Source of the DNA: Eledone cirrhosa
Lineage: Eukaryota
Assembly: GCA_964016885.1 (NCBI GenBank)
Contig: OZ024762.1
Location: 22,692,001-22,756,000, forward strand
Direction: 5' to 3'
DNA: 64,000 nucleotides
How positions within the stretch are numbered: the first letter of the stretch is position 1; every line of letters begins with the position of its first letter. Both the position numbers and the translations under genes were made by a program. Of this stretch, positions 16,967 through 29,560 are shown in pieces. The notes beneath the pieces were generated by a model that worked only from the letters and a program-made list of their open reading frames with translations, ran no database searches and was not told the DNA's origin.

Positions 16967-18692
16967 ATGATGTTACTTATGATGAGGGTGATGGGGATGT
17001 TACTTATGATGGGGGTGATGGGGATGTTACTTATGATGAGGGTGATGGGGTTGTTACTTATGATGGGGGTGATGGGGATGTTACTTATGATGAGGATGTT
17101 ACTTATGAAGAGGGTGATGGGGTTGTTACTTAAGATGAGGGTGATGGGGATGTTACTTAAGATGAGGGTGATGAGGAGGTTATATATGAAGAGGGTGATG
17201 GGGTTGTTACTTATGATGAGGGTGATGGGGATGTTACTTATGATGAGGGTGGTGGGGATGTTACTTATGATGAGGGTGATGGGGATGTTACTTATGATGA
17301 GGGTGATGAGGATGTTACTTATGATGAGGGTGATGGGGATGTTACTTATGATGAGGGTGATGGGGATGTTACTTATGATGGGGGTGATGGGGTTGTTACT
17401 TATGATGAGGGTGGTGGGGATGTTACTTATGATGAGGGTGATGGGGATGTTACTTATGATGAGGGTGATGGGGATGTTACTTATGATGGGGGTGATGGGG
17501 TTGTTACTTATGATGAGGGTGGTGGGGATGTTACTTATGATGAGGGTGATGGGGATGTTACTTATGATGAGGGTGATGGGGATGTTACTTATGATGAGGG
17601 TGATGGGGATGTTACTTATGATGAGGGTGATGGGGATGTTACTTATGATGGGGGAGATGGGGTTGTTACTTATGATGAGGGTGGTGGGGATGTTACTTAT
17701 GATGAGGGTGATGGGGATGTTACTTATGATGGGGGTGATGGGGTTGTTACTTATGATGAGGGTGGTGGGGATGTTACTTATGATGAGGGTGATGGGGTTG
17801 TTACTTATGAAGAGGGTGATGGGGTTGTTACTTATGATGGGGGTGATGGGGATGTTACTTATGATGAGGATGTTACTTATGAAGAGGGTGATGGGGTTGT
17901 TACTTATGATGGGGGTGATGGGGATGTTAGTTATGATGAGGGTGATGGGGATGGTTCTTATGATGAGGGTGATGGGGATGTTACTTATGATGAGGGTGAT
18001 GGGGATGTTACTTATGATGGGGGTGATGGGGTTGTTACTTATGATGAGGGTGGTGGGGATGTTACTTATGATGAGGGTGATGGGGATGTTACTTATGATG
18101 AGGGTGATGGGGATGTTACTTATGATGAGGGTGATGGGGATGTTACTTATGATGAGGGTGATGGGGATGTTACTTATGATGGGGGAGATGGGGTTGTTAC
18201 TTATGATGAGGGTGGTGGGGATGTTACTTATGATGAGGGTGATGGGGATGTTACTTATGATGGGGGTGATGGGGTTGTTACTTATGATGAGGGTGGTGGG
18301 GATGTTACTTATGATGAGGGTGATGGGGTTGTTACTTATGATGAGGGTGATGGGGTTGTTACTTATGATGAGGGTGGTGGGGATGTTACTTATGATGAGG
18401 GTGATGGGGTTGTTACTTATGAAGAGGGTGATGGGGTTGTTACTTATGATGGGGGTGATGGGGATGTTACTTATGATGAGGATGTTACTTATGAAGAGGG
18501 TGATGGGGTTGTTACTTATGATGGGGGTGATGGGGATGTTACTTATGATGATGGTGATGGGGATGGTTCTTATGATGAGGGTGATGGGGATGTTACTTAT
18601 GATGAGGGTGATGGGGATGTTACTTATGATGAGGGTGATGGGGATGGTACTTTTGATGAGGGTGATGAGGATGTTACTTATGATGAGGGTGA
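16967..18692 (-). repeat. Same 27-bp minisatellite, inverted (right arm)
   Basis: Reverse complement of the left array. The unique 16648-16800 is mirrored at 16830-16966. Confidence 0.95.
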
Positions 18693-18834
18693 TTAATTTA
18701 ATTATTAATTTTATTATTATTATCACAATTAATAATAACATAATAATGATGATAATAATAATAAAATTAATATTAACATAATAATGATGTTAATAATAAA
18801 ATTAATAATAATAACAATAATTATAATAGTAATA

Positions 18835-19005
18835 ATAATTGTTTCCACTTTAGGCACAAGGCCAGCAATTATCCCAGTACATGACCGGTACTTTATTTTT
18901 TCGACCCCTGTAAGGATGAAAGGCAAAGTTAACCTTGACTCAAACCGCAAAGGGACGTAACTATGCTAGAAAGCATGGCGCCCAACCCTCTACTGCTACT
19001 GCCAA
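18835..19005 (-). mobile_element. tRNA-derived SINE
   Basis: Reverse complement of the SINE core and head. Confidence 0.85.
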
Positions 19006-19116
19006 AATGATTTCTTTACTGGCCACAAGGGCTGACATCATAATAATAATAACATTAATAATAACGTAATAATGACTTCTTTATTGCCCTTGTGGCCCAT
19101 AAAGAAATCATGATTA

Positions 19117-19290
19117 CAATCGGTAGAGGGTCGGACGCCATGCTTTCTAGCATAGTTACATCCCTTTACGGTCTGAGTTCAAATCCCGTCGCGGTTAACT
19201 TTGCCTTTCATCCTTACTGGGTCGATAAAATAAAGTACCAGTAATACACTGGGATAATTGCTGGCCTTGTGCCAAAGTAGAAACAAGTAT
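19117..19290 (+). mobile_element. tRNA-derived SINE
   Basis: B-box and core. Confidence 0.85.
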
Positions 19291-19554
19291 TACGTTATTA
19301 TTATTGTTATTATTATTACTATTATTATTATTATTATTTTTATCATTATTGATTTTATAATTATTATCATCATTATTATGTTATTATTAATTTTATTATT
19401 ATTATCATTATTATTATGTTATTTTTCATTGTTATTTTTATTACAACCTCTGTTTTTTTACACGCAGAAATGCCCATTTGTACCGTCCTGTATTGTCCTG
19501 TACTGTCCTTAATGTGTACTTTATGTAAACCCTTGTGGTTAATAAAGAAAGCAG

Positions 19555-20020
19555 TATTATGTTATTAATTTTATTATTATTATCATCATTATTATGTTAT
19601 TATTAATTTTATTATTATTATCATCATTATTATGTTATTATTAATTTTATTATTATTATCATCATTATTATGTTATTAATTTTATTATTATTATCATCAT
19701 TATTATGTTATTATTAATTTTATTATTATTATCATCATTATTATGTTATTATTAATTTTATTATTATTATCATCATTATTATGTTATTAATTTTATTATT
19801 ATTATCATCATTATTATGTTATTATTAATTTTATTATTATTATCATCATTATTATGTTATTAATTTTATTATTATTATCATCATTATTATGTTATTATTA
19901 ATTTTATTATTATTATGTTATTAATTTTATTATTATTATCATCATTAGTATGTTATTTTTGATTTTATTATTATTATGTTATTAATTTTATTATTATTAT
20001 CATTATTATTATTATTGTTA
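19555..20020. repeat. (ATT)-rich ~33-36-bp minisatellite
   Basis: TTATTAATTTTATTATTATTATCATCATTATTATG repeated. Confidence 0.85.
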
Positions 20021-20147
20021 ATTTTGGTGTTGTAATCATCGTTTCTAGTGTTACAGTCTATAGAATCGAAGTCTGTTTTGTTTCACTTGAATGCTACTGG
20101 GAAATCTGTTGAGGAGGACAACGCAAATTTGTTAATGCATTATTTTG

Positions 20148-20182
<35 letters not shown>

Positions 20183-20183
20183 A

Positions 20184-20226
<43 letters not shown>

Positions 20227-20299
20227 TATAGATAGATAGATATATATATATAGATAGATAGATATAGATATACATATATATACGTATATAGTCTTTCAA

Positions 20300-20925
20300 A
20301 TGCCACCGAAGTTAACTTTGCCTTTCATCCTTACAGGGTCGATAAAATAAAGTACCAGTAATACACTGGGATAATTACTGGCCTTGTGCGAAAAGTAGAA
20401 ACAATTATTGTCTTTCATCCATCTGGGATCGATAAGATAAAGTACTAGAGAAGCACTGGGTTCAATTTAACTGATTCTCCCCTCACTCAAATTTCTTGTC
20501 ATTGTGCCTAAATCAGAAAGCATGATCATCATTGTTAACTTTCCTCCTTCCAGGGTCGATAAATAAAGTATTAGTGAAGTACTTGAATCAATTTAACCGT
20601 CATTCCCTTAACCCTTGTGCCTAAATCAGAAACCATTATCACCGTTGTTAATTTTCCTCTGTCCAGGGCCGATAAATAAAGTACTAATGAAGTACTTGGG
20701 TCAATTAACTCGACTTTATCTTCACCTTTCTACTCAAATTGGTGACTTTGTGCCTATTGTATAAATACTTATGATCTTTATGGTATTGTGGTCGTTAGAG
20801 TGTCGGACAAACGCGTAGAATGTGTCCTGGATCTTCACGTTGTGAGTTCAAATCCCATCAGAGTCAATTTTGCTTTTCATACTTCTAAGGTCGATAAAAT
20901 AAAGCACCATTTATAAACTGGGAAC
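20300..20925 (+). mobile_element. Cluster of ~5 SINE 3' halves/copies in tandem
   Basis: GGTCGATAAA(A)TAAAGTAC-like core at ~20336, 20427, 20554, 20667 and 20889. Confidence 0.8.
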
Positions 20926-20949
20926 GATAGAATGCAAATTTCTCTTCCA

Positions 20950-21855
20950 CGTATTGCAAAAACACACAATACACACGAACATATATAGACACACATATGA
21001 ACACAAACAGACACTACACACACACACACACATAGACAGGCATATACGAGTACATGCAAATACAAGCACCCACACACACCATACACATGAACACATACAC
21101 GAACACACACACACATACGAGCAGATACAAACCTACGTACAGATACAAACATACGTACACTCACACACCGACATACAATCACGATTACACACACATACGA
21201 GCAGATACAAACACACGTACACTCACACACAGACATACAATCACGATTACACACACTTACGAGCACATACAAACACACGTACACTCACACACAGACATAC
21301 AATCACGATTACACACACTTACGAGCACATACAAACACACGTACACTCACACACAGACACATACATATAAACACTAGTACACACATATATATGAGTACAT
21401 ACAAACAAATACACACACACACACATAGTAGCATATACAAACACACAGAGACACATATACACACATACGAGCACATGCAAACACAAAAAACATAGACACA
21501 TACACACACACACAGGAGCACTTACACACAAACACGAGCTCATACAAACACAGGCACACACACGAGCACATACAAACACGCACACGAGCACGCACACGTG
21601 AGCACATACAAACACAGACACACAAAAACACACACAAACACGAACATGAGCACGTACACACAAACACGATCACATACAGACACACATACTACCACATACA
21701 AACGCACACAGACACAAACACATACGACCACATACAAATACATAGACACACACACACACATACAAACATAGAGACACACAGACACATACATTCAAACACG
21801 AGCAAACACACAGAAACACACACACACATACGAGAACACACAAACACTTACACAG
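20950..21855. repeat. (CA)-rich minisatellite including ~62-bp units
   Basis: CACGATTACACACAC at 21180, 21242 and 21304. Confidence 0.85.
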
Positions 21856-22129
21856 TGAGAGAAACTCTTTAATGAAACAAGCCAAAACATAGCAATGTCT
21901 CTCTCTCAGTATTTTTCATGTTTGTTGTCTCATTTATCCTATTAACAAGTAAAAACTAACCGCCATTACAGAAATTATCTGGGCAATTCTCATTAGCAAA
22001 TTACTTCTGACGTCATCATTTTTGTCATGGATACAACGACTCCACTATTATTCATTCAATATGGCGCCTTTCCCAACACAATACTTAAATGGCACGATAT
22101 GGCGTCAAAAATATATCTATATATATATC

Positions 22130-22810
22130 GAGGGGGTCAGCCCACAAAAATGTATACACGCGTCAATAATATTCTAATAAATATGTATATATTTTGAGGG
22201 GACATTCTCTCACTGTGTATGTGTATATGTATATATATATATGTATATATATACACACACACAGCTGTCTCCAAAAATGTATAAACAGTTCTATAGCGTT
22301 CTTGTATATATGTGTATATATTTTTAGGGCCACCCACTCTCTCTCTCTATATATATAGAGAGAAAGAGATATAAATACACACACACAGGGCATCTAAAAT
22401 AAATGGATACTCACTTTAATAGCATTCTAATAAATATGTGTATACATTTTTGGGAGCCACCCTCTCACTGTATATATATATATATATACACACACACACA
22501 GGGTATCTCCAAAAAATGTATACACACTTTAATAGCATTCTAATAAATATGTGTATACATTTTTGGGAGCCACCCTCTCACTGTCTATATATACACAAAC
22601 ACACACACACACACAGGGTATCTCCAAAAAATCTATACACACTTCAATAACATTCTAATAAATATGTGTATACATTTTTGTGGACATCTCTCTCTGTATG
22701 CATGTAGATATATACACACACAGACTCTCCCCCAAAAATGTATATACACTTTACACTTTAATAGCATTCTAATAAATATGTGTAGACATTTTTGGAGACC
22801 ACCGTCTATA
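22130..22810. mobile_element. Six tandem ~85-bp palindromic MITE-like units (Tc1/mariner-like ends)
   Basis: CAGGGTATCTCCAAAAAATGTATACAC ... GTGTATACATTTTTGGGAGCCACCCT imperfect TIRs, separated by TA/CA runs. Confidence 0.6.
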
Positions 22811-23069
22811 TATTACTATTTACATACCATACATTCACTACTGTTGCTACTACTAATGCTGCTACTACTACTATTACTACTGCCACTATTAGGGCTGCTG
22901 CTGATGCTCTCGCTAATTATTATTGAATTGTATTCTGTTTTTAGTATTGTTTCGCAGTTTATAATATATATATATATATATGTAGATAAATCTACCAAGA
23001 GTTTACGGTAGTGTCCAATCCGTATGAAGAACTCAATGTATTCCGGATATCATGGAAAGCCAGACAAGG

Positions 23070-23114
23070 AATATTGAACTAGTTTCGTTGTTGTTACAAC
23101 TCATCAGCAATATT
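23070..23114 (-). ncRNA. Type I HHR (family C)
   Basis: Reverse complement reads AATATTG-CTGATGA-GTTG/CAAC-GAAA-CTAG-TT-CAATATT. Confidence 0.85.
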
Positions 23115-23676
23115 TACCTATCTACCGGCTCTTCTGGAGAATTGTAAAAGCACATATCGTTATATGCTTTTTCTATGAAAATTAGTAGTGGGCAGACTAA
23201 TTTGCATAGAGTGTGAGTACGCACCGGTTCAGCGGAGACGATAAAAACAAATAACGAAACGAAATTATTCTGGAGAATAGAGGGAAGGTGTTCCCCCGAA
23301 AATCAGTATGACTCTAAAAACCGGTTTGTCTGTGTGTTTACATACAGAATAGCTGGGCTGCTCACAGTAAAGCAACCAGTGAAAGACTTGGTACACCTAC
23401 ATATGTATACGTGTGTGTATTCATATACACACTAGTATTTCAGTATGCATATGTAGATGTACATTTTTAACTTAATTGTTTAAGCGTCAGTCATACAAAA
23501 GTGAGTTACAAACGAAACGAAATTTAATTTCGTTTCGTTATTTGTTTTTATCGTCTCCGCTGAACCGGTGCGTACTCACACTCTATGCAAATTAGTCTGC
23601 CCACTACTAATTTTCATAAAAAAGCATATAACGATATGTGCTTTTACAATTCTCCAGAAGGGCCGGTAGATAGGTA

Positions 23677-23721
23677 AATATTGCTGATGAGTTGTAACAA
23701 CAACGAAACTAGTTCAATATT
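23677..23721 (+). ncRNA. Type I HHR (family C)
   Basis: AATATTG-CTGATGA-GTTGtaacaaCAAC-GAAA-CTAG-TT-CAATATT: 7-bp stem I, palindromic ACTAGT, GUU site. Confidence 0.85.
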
Positions 23722-24143
23722 CTTTGTCTGGCTTTCTGGAGAATAGAGGGAAGGTGTTCCCCCGAAAACCAGTATGACTCTAAAAACCGGTTTGTCTGTG
23801 TGTTTACATACAGAATAGCTGGGCTGCTCACAGTAAAGCAACCAGTTAAAGACTTGGTACACCTACATATGTATACGTGTGTGTATTCATATACACACTA
23901 GTATTTCAGTATGCATATGTAGATGTACATTTTTAACTTAATTGTTTAAGCGTCAGTCATACAAAAGTGAGTTACAAACGAAACGAAATTTAATTTCGTT
24001 TCGTTATTTGTTTTTATCCTCTCCGCTGAACCGGTGCGTACTCACACTCTATGCAAATTAGTCTGCCCACTACTAATTTTCATAGAAAAAGCATATAACG
24101 ATATGTGCTTTTACAATTCTCCAGAAGGGCCGGTAGATAGGTA

Positions 24144-24188
24144 AATATTGCTGATGAGTTGTAACAACAACGAAACTAGTTCAATATT
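24144..24188 (+). ncRNA. Type I HHR (family C), second tandem copy
   Basis: Identical to 23677-23721, 467 bp downstream. Confidence 0.85.
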
Positions 24189-24476
24189 CCTTGTCTGGCT
24201 TTCTGGTGAATAGAGGGAAGGTGTTCCCCCGAAAACCAGTATGACTCTAAAAACCGGTTTGTCTGTGTGTTTACATACAGAATAGCTGGGCTGCTCACAG
24301 TAAAGCAACCAGTGAAAGACTTGGTACACCTACATATGTATACGTGTGTGTATTCATATACACACTAGTATTTCAGTATGCATATGTAGATGTACATTTT
24401 TAACTTAATTGTTTAAGCGTCAGTCATACAAAAGTGAGTTACAAACGAAACGAAATTTAATTTCGTTTCGTTATTT

Positions 24477-24528
<52 letters not shown>

Positions 24529-24794
24529 TAAAAGATGTCTATAGAATCACAAGATAAAATATATACTATTTCCTCTCCCAATTAGCATAATTAATTATAT
24601 AAAAAATCGAATAGACCAGGCTATACGAATGAGGCTTCTATGAAGGAATCTCCGACAAACAACCAAAACTAGCGCTTCGCGTCGGCCGTAACGGAATATT
24701 TATCGAATTTGTCGACAGCGTAATCGCCTAGATACAGTCAACTAAGCAGAATTAGGTTTAAAATAAACTAGGAGAAAATAGAATACATTTAAAT

Positions 24795-24882
24795 ACCTCT
24801 ACCATGGTTTCGTCCGTGTTTTGAGTTTTCCAATAATTATGTAATAATTATATAAACTCGAGCGCCGGATTCTTCAGGAAGC
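24795..24882 (-). ncRNA. Type I HHR with long stem II
   Basis: Reverse complement reads GCTTC-CTGAAGA-ATCCG..GAGTTT..AAACTC..CGGAC-GAAA-CCATGG-TA-GAGGT. Confidence 0.7.
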
Positions 24883-25160
24883 TCGCTCATATCTAGACAT
24901 TAACTTTTTCAAAACGATCGCGCCAAGAATTCATTCCAAAATGGCTAAAAATCGTGACGTAGTCGCGGTCAAGTTGGAAGGGGTGTGGTAGTTGCTTACG
25001 ACTGGTGGCATTCTTGCTAGATATATATAAATGAAGTAATTCCGTCTGAAAGGTCCAGGAAAAAAGAGTGCTCTATGTAGGTTACAGAGATTATTAGTTA
25101 TGTAATAAACAACATAAGATAATTATTTCAAATCCACTGTCAATAAAGAGACCAGGATTT

Positions 25161-25220
25161 TTTCATTCTGATGAATGAAAGCAATTTTGGCTGCTTTCAA
25201 GAAACCCCTGGTAAATGAAA
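25161..25220 (+). ncRNA. Type I HHR (family D)
   Basis: TTTCATT-CTGATGA-aTGAAAGC/GCTTTCAa-GAAA-CCCCTGG-TA-AATGAAA. Lies in fold-back element 25030-25247, with a relative at 52178-52365. Confidence 0.8.
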
Positions 25221-25380
25221 TAATTATCTTATGTTGTTTTTTACATAACTATATATATATATATATATATATATAGTAAATGAGTGAAGAATAACATGGA
25301 TGGCTGTATAATAGGGTTTCTATATATATATACACACATGAATGTATATATATTTGTACCTATATATATGGATATATGTT

Positions 25381-25427
<47 letters not shown>

Positions 25428-25490
25428 TTGTTATTACTTTCCATATTATTTCCGTATTTTTCTAATATGCGGCTCCCCCTTATATACACA

Positions 25491-25535
<45 letters not shown>

Positions 25536-25662
25536 CTATTCTCAAGAATCGACAGATGAAACCGCAGTAATTTTATTGTACTGCGTTCTTTTCTGCATTA
25601 CCCATATATACACACACACGTGCGCGCGTGCGTGTGTGTACATATATGTATGCGTGTGAGTA

Positions 25663-25696
<34 letters not shown>

Positions 25697-25899
25697 GGTA
25701 AACTTTTACACGCTTTGATCTTTGCCGCATAACTTATTTATTCGCTTACACTGATTGAATGAAAGACTAGATCAATAACTTCGAACACGAAGAATAATTA
25801 ATCAGGTAAAAAGTGGTAATGTGATAATCAGAGACAGATTATTCATCGAAGGTATATAATTGCAATAAACGCTACCTTTGTTCACGCAGTCGTTGTTAA

Positions 25900-27370
25900 T
25901 GTTGTTGTTTTTCTGATTTGCTTTGTGGTTTTTGAAGGTGAAGATGGTGGTTGGTTATGGTTCTCTTGTTGGTTTTGTTGGTTCTGGTAATGTTTGTGGT
26001 TATGGTGATGCTGGTGTTTGTGATGATGTTCGTGGTTGTGGTGTTGATGTTGGAGGCTGTGGTGATGGTGGTGGTGGTGGTTGTGGTGATGATTTTGGTG
26101 ATGGTGATGGTGATGTTTGTGGTGGTGATGTTTTTGGTGGTGATGTTTGTGGTGGTGATGTTTGTGGTGGCGATGTTTGTGGTGGTGATGTTTGTGGTGG
26201 TGATGTTTGTGGTGGTGATCATTTTGGTGGTGATGTTTGTGGTGGCGATGTTTGTGGTGGTGATGTTTGTGGTGGTGATCATTTTGGTGGTGATGTTTGT
26301 GGTGGTGATGTTTGTGGTGGTGATGTTTGTGATGTGGATGTTTGTGATGGGGATGTTTGTGGTGGTGTTTGTGGTGGTGTTTGTAGTGGTGGTGGTGGTG
26401 GTGGTGGTGATGTTCGTGGTGGTGGTTGGTGGTGGTGGTTGTGGAGGTTGTTATGGTGGTGGTGGTGGTGGAGGTTGTGATGGTGATGGTGATGGTGATG
26501 TTTGTGGTGGTGATGTTTTTGGTGGTGATGTTTGTGGTGGTGATGTTTGTGGTGGTGATGTTTGTAGTGGTGGTGTTTGTGATAGGTGATGTTTGTGGTG
26601 CTGATGTTTGTGATGTGGATGTTTGTGATGGGGATGTTTGTGGTGGTGTTTGTAGTGGTGGTGTTGGTGGTGGTGGTGATGTTCGTGGTGGTGGTTGGTG
26701 GTGGTGGTTGGTGGTGGTGGTTGTGGAGGTTGTGATGGTAGAGGTTGTGATGGTGGTGGTGGTGGTGGTGATGGTTGTGATTGTGATGGTGGTGGTGATG
26801 GTTGTGATTGTGATGGTGGTGGTGTTTGGTAGTGGTTGTGAAGGTGGTGCTGGTGATGTTCGCGGTTGTGGTGGTTGTGATTGCGGCAGTTTTGATGATG
26901 GTAGTTGTGATTGTCGTTGTTTTGATGGTCTCTGGTTGTGATGGTGGTGTATGTGATGGTTGTGGTTGTAATAATGTTGTTAGAGGTGGTAGCTGTGATG
27001 ATGATGATGTTGATGGTGATGGGAGTTGTGATAATGGTGTTGTTGTTGGTGATGTGGGTTGTGGATTGTGATTATGGTGGTGGTGGTGGTGTTCATGTTT
27101 AACCTTAGTTCAGCCATGATCGAGTAGATCTAAAATCATTTGTTGTTGTTGTAGATGGTGGTGTTGGGGCTGCTGGTGGTGGTTGAGGTGGTGATTATAG
27201 TAGTTGTGGTGTTGGTAGTGGTTGTGGTGTATGTTGTTGTTTAACTGCAGTATTTAATGTTGCCGTTTTTCTGTTTGGATTTGATGTTGATGTAGGTGGT
27301 GCTGTAGGGTATTGGTGGTTGTTGAGGTGTTATTGGTGTTGTTATTGGTGTTGGTAGTGTTGGTGGTTAA
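25900..27370. repeat. (GGT/GAT/TGT) low-complexity tract with 15-bp GGTGGTGATGTTTGT units
   Basis: Direct inspection. Confidence 0.9.
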
Positions 27371-27580
27371 CTTCAATCATGATCAAGCAGACCTACGATC
27401 AAAGGTGTTTCACCCTGTATATCAACAAGTTTGATTTTATTCTATATAGAGATATATGAGGTATATTCTATATATCTACAGGCGGAAAATTGGCAGAGTC
27501 GTCTTCCACAATAGGCACAGATTCACCAATTCCTCAGCTTTTGTTTATATATACATGAATATGTATATACACAAACAGTA

Positions 27581-27616
<36 letters not shown>

Positions 27617-27620
<4 letters not shown>

Positions 27621-27807
27621 AACGAGTAGGACCCCGACGGCTGAGCTCAAGCCGTTTCGTTTTTTCTTTAGACCAGAATTAGCCGTCGTAAACGGCTTGA
27701 GCCCAGCCGTCGGGGTCCTACTCGTTCCTATTACCCACTCTACTACCCTAAGTATTGAGTACTTTGGTGCGTTATGGTCCATCTGGTTCCTTACCACATT
27801 TCCTTCG

Positions 27808-27810
<3 letters not shown>
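27617..27810 (+). mobile_element. Fold-back element family E (3' half-HHR plus tail) in (TA)n
   Basis: Arms GGAACGAGTAGGACCCCGACGGCTGAGCTCAAGCCGTTT and its inverse, then the tail TTACCCACTCTACTACCCTAAGTATTGAGTACT..CCTTCGT-(TA)n. Copies at 41091-41280, 46479-46630(-) and 50300-50430. Confidence 0.8.
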
Positions 27811-27881
<71 letters not shown>

Positions 27882-28154
27882 ATATATAGTAATAATACAA
27901 AATTTGAAGACTAAAATCCAAAGAGGGATCGATAAGGATAAATATATATCAAATATATAAGAACCGTAGAGCAAATATTAATGACGTAAATATTCGTTTT
28001 CATGAACCAAAGTATCGTCTTCCTGTCTTCCTCCGGCTGCAACGTTTTTTGAAATATTCACTTCTGCGTTTACAGATTGACTTTGGTAGTTTCAGAAAAT
28101 CCCGTTAAGAGTGAAAGCAGCGATTCTTTGCTTAAACTTTAATCTGTTATTTTA

Positions 28155-28306
<152 letters not shown>

Positions 28307-28539
28307 GAATATGTATATACACATTACTTATATATATATATATATAAAGTATTAAATTAAACAATGGAAATAAAAACAACAAAATCAACTTATTTTACCT
28401 ATACACATCATCGTTTTACGATCGTTTCGGAGGGTCGATCATATCGACATATTGTCTAATGTATAGCAGTTATATAACTGTATACTATCAGAATCAGACC
28501 TCTTATATAGGTTCGATCAGACCGTCTTCTTCGGAAACA

Positions 28540-28644
<105 letters not shown>

Positions 28645-28738
28645 TGTGTGTGAAAAAGTTAAACAGAAATAACAACACAATACGTACCGTATATGGAAGG
28701 AATATATTAGCTTAACGCTTGAAATAGCAGGAATAGGG

Positions 28739-28774
28739 TCTTAACATTTCGGACGCTAGTCCTTCGTCAGAAGA
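28739..28774 (-). ncRNA. Minimal type I HHR
   Basis: Reverse complement reads TCTT-CTGACGA-aGGACtagcGTCC-GAAA-TG-TT-AAGA. Confidence 0.7.
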
Positions 28775-29394
28775 AAGAATGAGAAATAAGATAGATTGAA
28801 GGGACGGGCGGGGTGGAATTGGAAAGAATGTCATCGACGTGTTGTAATATATGAAAAACAAATCAACACACGTATTTACAGGTAATATTTTGTGTTACAT
28901 AACACAACCTCTCCTTAGTTACGACAAGACAGCGTAATCATCACTGTATATTCCACCCCACCACACCATTACCCACAACATTCCCCACCCAACACCCTAC
29001 ACCCCGGGGATAATAAAGAAGAATAAGAAATACCTAAAATATGAAATATGAAATCTAAAAAAAATAATAATAATAAAATATAAAAAAAGAAGAATATATA
29101 AAAAGATTTCAATTACAAATTAAATTATTTGTTAGAGCTTGTATATGTTTTCTTTTCTTTCTGAATTTTATATGCCATGAACGATTTTTAGCCTGAGAAG
29201 AGGTTTGGTCAATAATTAAGGAATTATATTTGAGAATTAAGGAGTGGAGAAGAAAATAATTGGTTGGCGGATGCGTGGGTGAAATTTTGTTGGAAATGTT
29301 TTTGTGTTGTTGTTATTTTTATATTTCTTGAGCTGTTTGGATGTGTTTTTTAAATTTTAGTATTTCATTCTTAGTTTTTCAGTATTTTTAGTAG

Positions 29395-29560
29395 TAAGGA
29401 TCCGAATTGGTAGAGTAGTTAGAATGTCAGATAGAATTTCTTTGCGGTTTTCGCTCTACTAATTGAAATCACGCCAATGTCATCTTTACTTTTCATCCTT
29501 TCGAGGACGATAAAAAGAAGTACCAGTCTAGTACTGGGATTGATTCTTCCCCTATATTCA
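29395..29560 (+). mobile_element. Diverged tRNA-derived SINE
   Basis: Core TTTTCATCCTTTCGAGGACGATAAAAAGAAGTACCAG with a decayed head. Confidence 0.7.

Larger units (their letters stand above)
22981..24481. mobile_element. HHR element family C: minus-strand HHR plus tail (22981-23268), followed by ~2.6 plus-strand 467-bp tandem copies
   Basis: CTGATGA at 23684 and 24151 (offset 467). 23056-23268 is the reverse complement of ~23525-23735. Flanked by (TA)n on both sides. Confidence 0.9.

Noticed and set aside
15316-18781. 435-652-aa ORFs on both strands
   Set aside because: Produced by a stop-free 27-bp minisatellite and its inverted copy.
15164-19005. Flanking inverted SINEs as part of the large palindrome
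   Set aside because: The two SINEs differ substantially in sequence and are probably independent insertions.
21985-22110. TGACGTCA and octamer-like motif cluster
   Set aside because: Short motifs are expected by chance, and there is no promoter evidence.
23644-24329. Duplicated 72-aa minus-strand ORF
   Set aside because: It starts at a non-ATG codon, crosses the antisense HHR and has no recognisable motif. It repeats only because of the 467-bp duplication.
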